NCBI GenBank assembly: GCA_040902225.1 | Contig: JBBDXT010000007.1 | Coordinates: forward strand, 256,346-320,345 | Direction of reading: 5' to 3' | Origin: Chloroflexota bacterium | GTDB taxonomy: Bacteria > Chloroflexota > Limnocylindria > QHBO01 | Length of the DNA: 64,000 nt | Shown: positions 62,833 to 64,000 of the stretch, piece after piece | Position numbering within the stretch: position 1 is the first letter of the stretch | Layout: every line of letters starts with the position of its first letter | Translations under genes and position numbers: made by a program | The notes under the pieces: generated by a model | Database searches by the model: none | Told to the model about the DNA's origin: nothing | What the model saw: the letters and a program-made list of their open reading frames with translations, nothing else

Positions 62833-64000
62833 GCCTTGCCCTCGACGATCGCGATCGGTCGATCCTGTCCGGTGCGGCCGGAGACGGCGCCGCCCTGGCG
62901 ATGCGCCTGGTGGTGCGAACGGCCGAGGTCCTGGGTGCCGAGCGCCTGATCCCGATCACGCGGGCCCACGTCGATTCCTGCCTGTACCACGGCGAGGCGA
63001 CGATCGACTTCGCGGAGCGGCTGATTCACGGCGGCGCCCAGGTGACCGTCCCGACCACGCTGAACGTCGGCGGGGTCGACCTGCTGCACCCGGAGCTGTG
63101 GCGCGGCGATCCGGTGATCGCTGAACGCGGGCGTCTGCTGATGGGCCATTACCGGTCGCTCGGCTGCCAGCCAACCTATACCTGCGCTCCCTACCAGCTG
63201 GCCGATGCGCGGCCGTCGTTCGGCGAGCAGGTGGCATGGGCCGAGTCGAACGCCATCGTCTTCTGCAACAGCGTGCTGGGTGCGCGGACGGAGCGTTACG
63301 GCGACTTCACCGATATCGCCTGCGCGATCACCGGCCGGGTCCCCGATGCCGGCCTCCACCGAACCGACGCCCGGCGTGCCGTGCTGGTCCTGCGGCTCGG
63401 GCCGGATGTCCCTGCCGCCCTGCTGGAGGACGACTCCCTCTACCCGGTGCTCGGGATCGTCCTCGGCAGGCGGGCGGGGAGTCGGGTGGGGGTCGTCGCC
63501 GGCCTGCCGTCCGGCCTTTCGGAGGAGCGATTGAAGGCCCTCGGCGCGGCCGCCGCCTCATCGGGCGCGGTCGCGATGTTCCACGCCATCGGCTCGACAC
63601 CCGAGGCGCCGACCCTGGATGCGGCGCTCCAGGGCCGTGAGCCGGAGGAGGTCTTGCAGGTCGGCATGGCCGAGCTGCGCAGCGCGCATGACGAGCTCAC
63701 GACCGCGCAGGGCGGTGCCCCGCCCGAAACGCCGATCGGCACTGTCTCGCTCGGAACCCCGCACGCGTCGCTGGGCGAGCTGCGCGCGGTGGAGCGCGAG
63801 CTGGCGGGTGCCCGTCCCGCGCCCGGCGTCGAGCTGCTGGTGTCCACCGCGCGGACGCTCCTGGCGGAAGCGGAGGGGGAGGGCCTCGCCGGGCGTCTCC
63901 GCTCGCTGGGGGTCGAGCTGCTGGTCGATACGTGCAGCTACATCGCGCCGATCCTGCGCCCGAGCCCGCTGCCCGCGATGACCGATTCGGGGAAGTGGGC
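62829..64000 (+). CDS. Aconitase-X catalytic-domain (DUF521) family protein, 3' end beyond window; start codon unresolved
   Basis: Frame has no stop to window end and so is absent from the ORF track. AcnX N-terminal pattern (AMRLVVRTAEVLGAERLIPITRAHVDSCLYHG). Confidence 0.55.
   Translation, partial: MSLALDDRDRSILSGAAGDGAALAMRLVVRTAEVLGAERLIPITRAHVDSCLYHGEATIDFAERLIHGGAQVTVPTTLNVGGVDLLHPELWRGDPVIAERGRLLMGHYRSLGCQPTYTCAPYQLADARPSFGEQVAWAESNAIVFCNSVLGARTERYGDFTDIACAITGRVPDAGLHRTDARRAVLVLRLGPDVPAALLEDDSLYPVLGIVLGRRAGSRVGVVAGLPSGLSEERLKALGAAAASSGAVAMFHAIGSTPEAPTLDAALQGREPEEVLQVGMAELRSAHDELTTAQGGAPPETPIGTVSLGTPHASLGELRAVERELAGARPAPGVELLVSTARTLLAEAEGEGLAGRLRSLGVELLVDTCSYIAPILRPSPLPAMTDSGKW

Overview
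This is a high-GC (~70%) replication-origin-proximal window from a Gram-positive-like, actinobacterial-type bacterium. Its backbone is housekeeping genes: dnaA-dnaN-recF-DciA on the minus strand and rpmH-rnpA-yidD-yidC-jag diverging from them, tmRNA-smpB, ftsEX, prfB with a programmed +1 frameshift, secA, prs, gyrA, gyrB-parB-parA with a parS site, mreD-pbp2-rodA, rplU-rpmA, rpmE-prfA-prmC-tsaC-rpiB, and the C-terminus of nuoN. Between these sit several accessory modules. (1) A phosphatidylinositol / PIM-type glycolipid operon: CDP-alcohol phosphatidyltransferase, ino1, two HtrB-like acyltransferases, a PHP phosphoesterase and pimA. (2) A 1568-aa double GT-C membrane glycosyltransferase, whose C-terminal half is Pmt-like with a ~430-aa loop insertion, divergent from a polyprenol-phosphate-mannose synthase. 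(3) An exporter operon of an ABC ATPase, an ABC-2 permease and two tandem two-domain GNAT (MshD-like) acetyltransferases. (4) A ~4-kb island of clearly lower GC (14.2-18.4 kb). It encodes a signal-less protein with an N-terminal 11-residue-periodic acidic repeat domain and a C-terminal metzincin (HEIGHYLGLCH) domain, a lipoprotein, a secreted Cys/Tyr-rich protein and a DNA-methylase gene remnant. Its right edge abuts a truncated small membrane-protein gene. (5) An ArsR-controlled operon of a degenerate ABC ATPase, an ABC-2 permease and an MFS transporter, with palindromic operator candidates. Smaller observations: a sortase-fold protein with Cys->Ser at the catalytic position, a DnaA-box cluster in the dnaA-dnaN spacer, tandem paralogous membrane proteins with PAPP repeats, and a Cys-rich mini-ORF between secA and prfB. 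Many long antisense ORFs in the six-frame track are high-GC artefacts.
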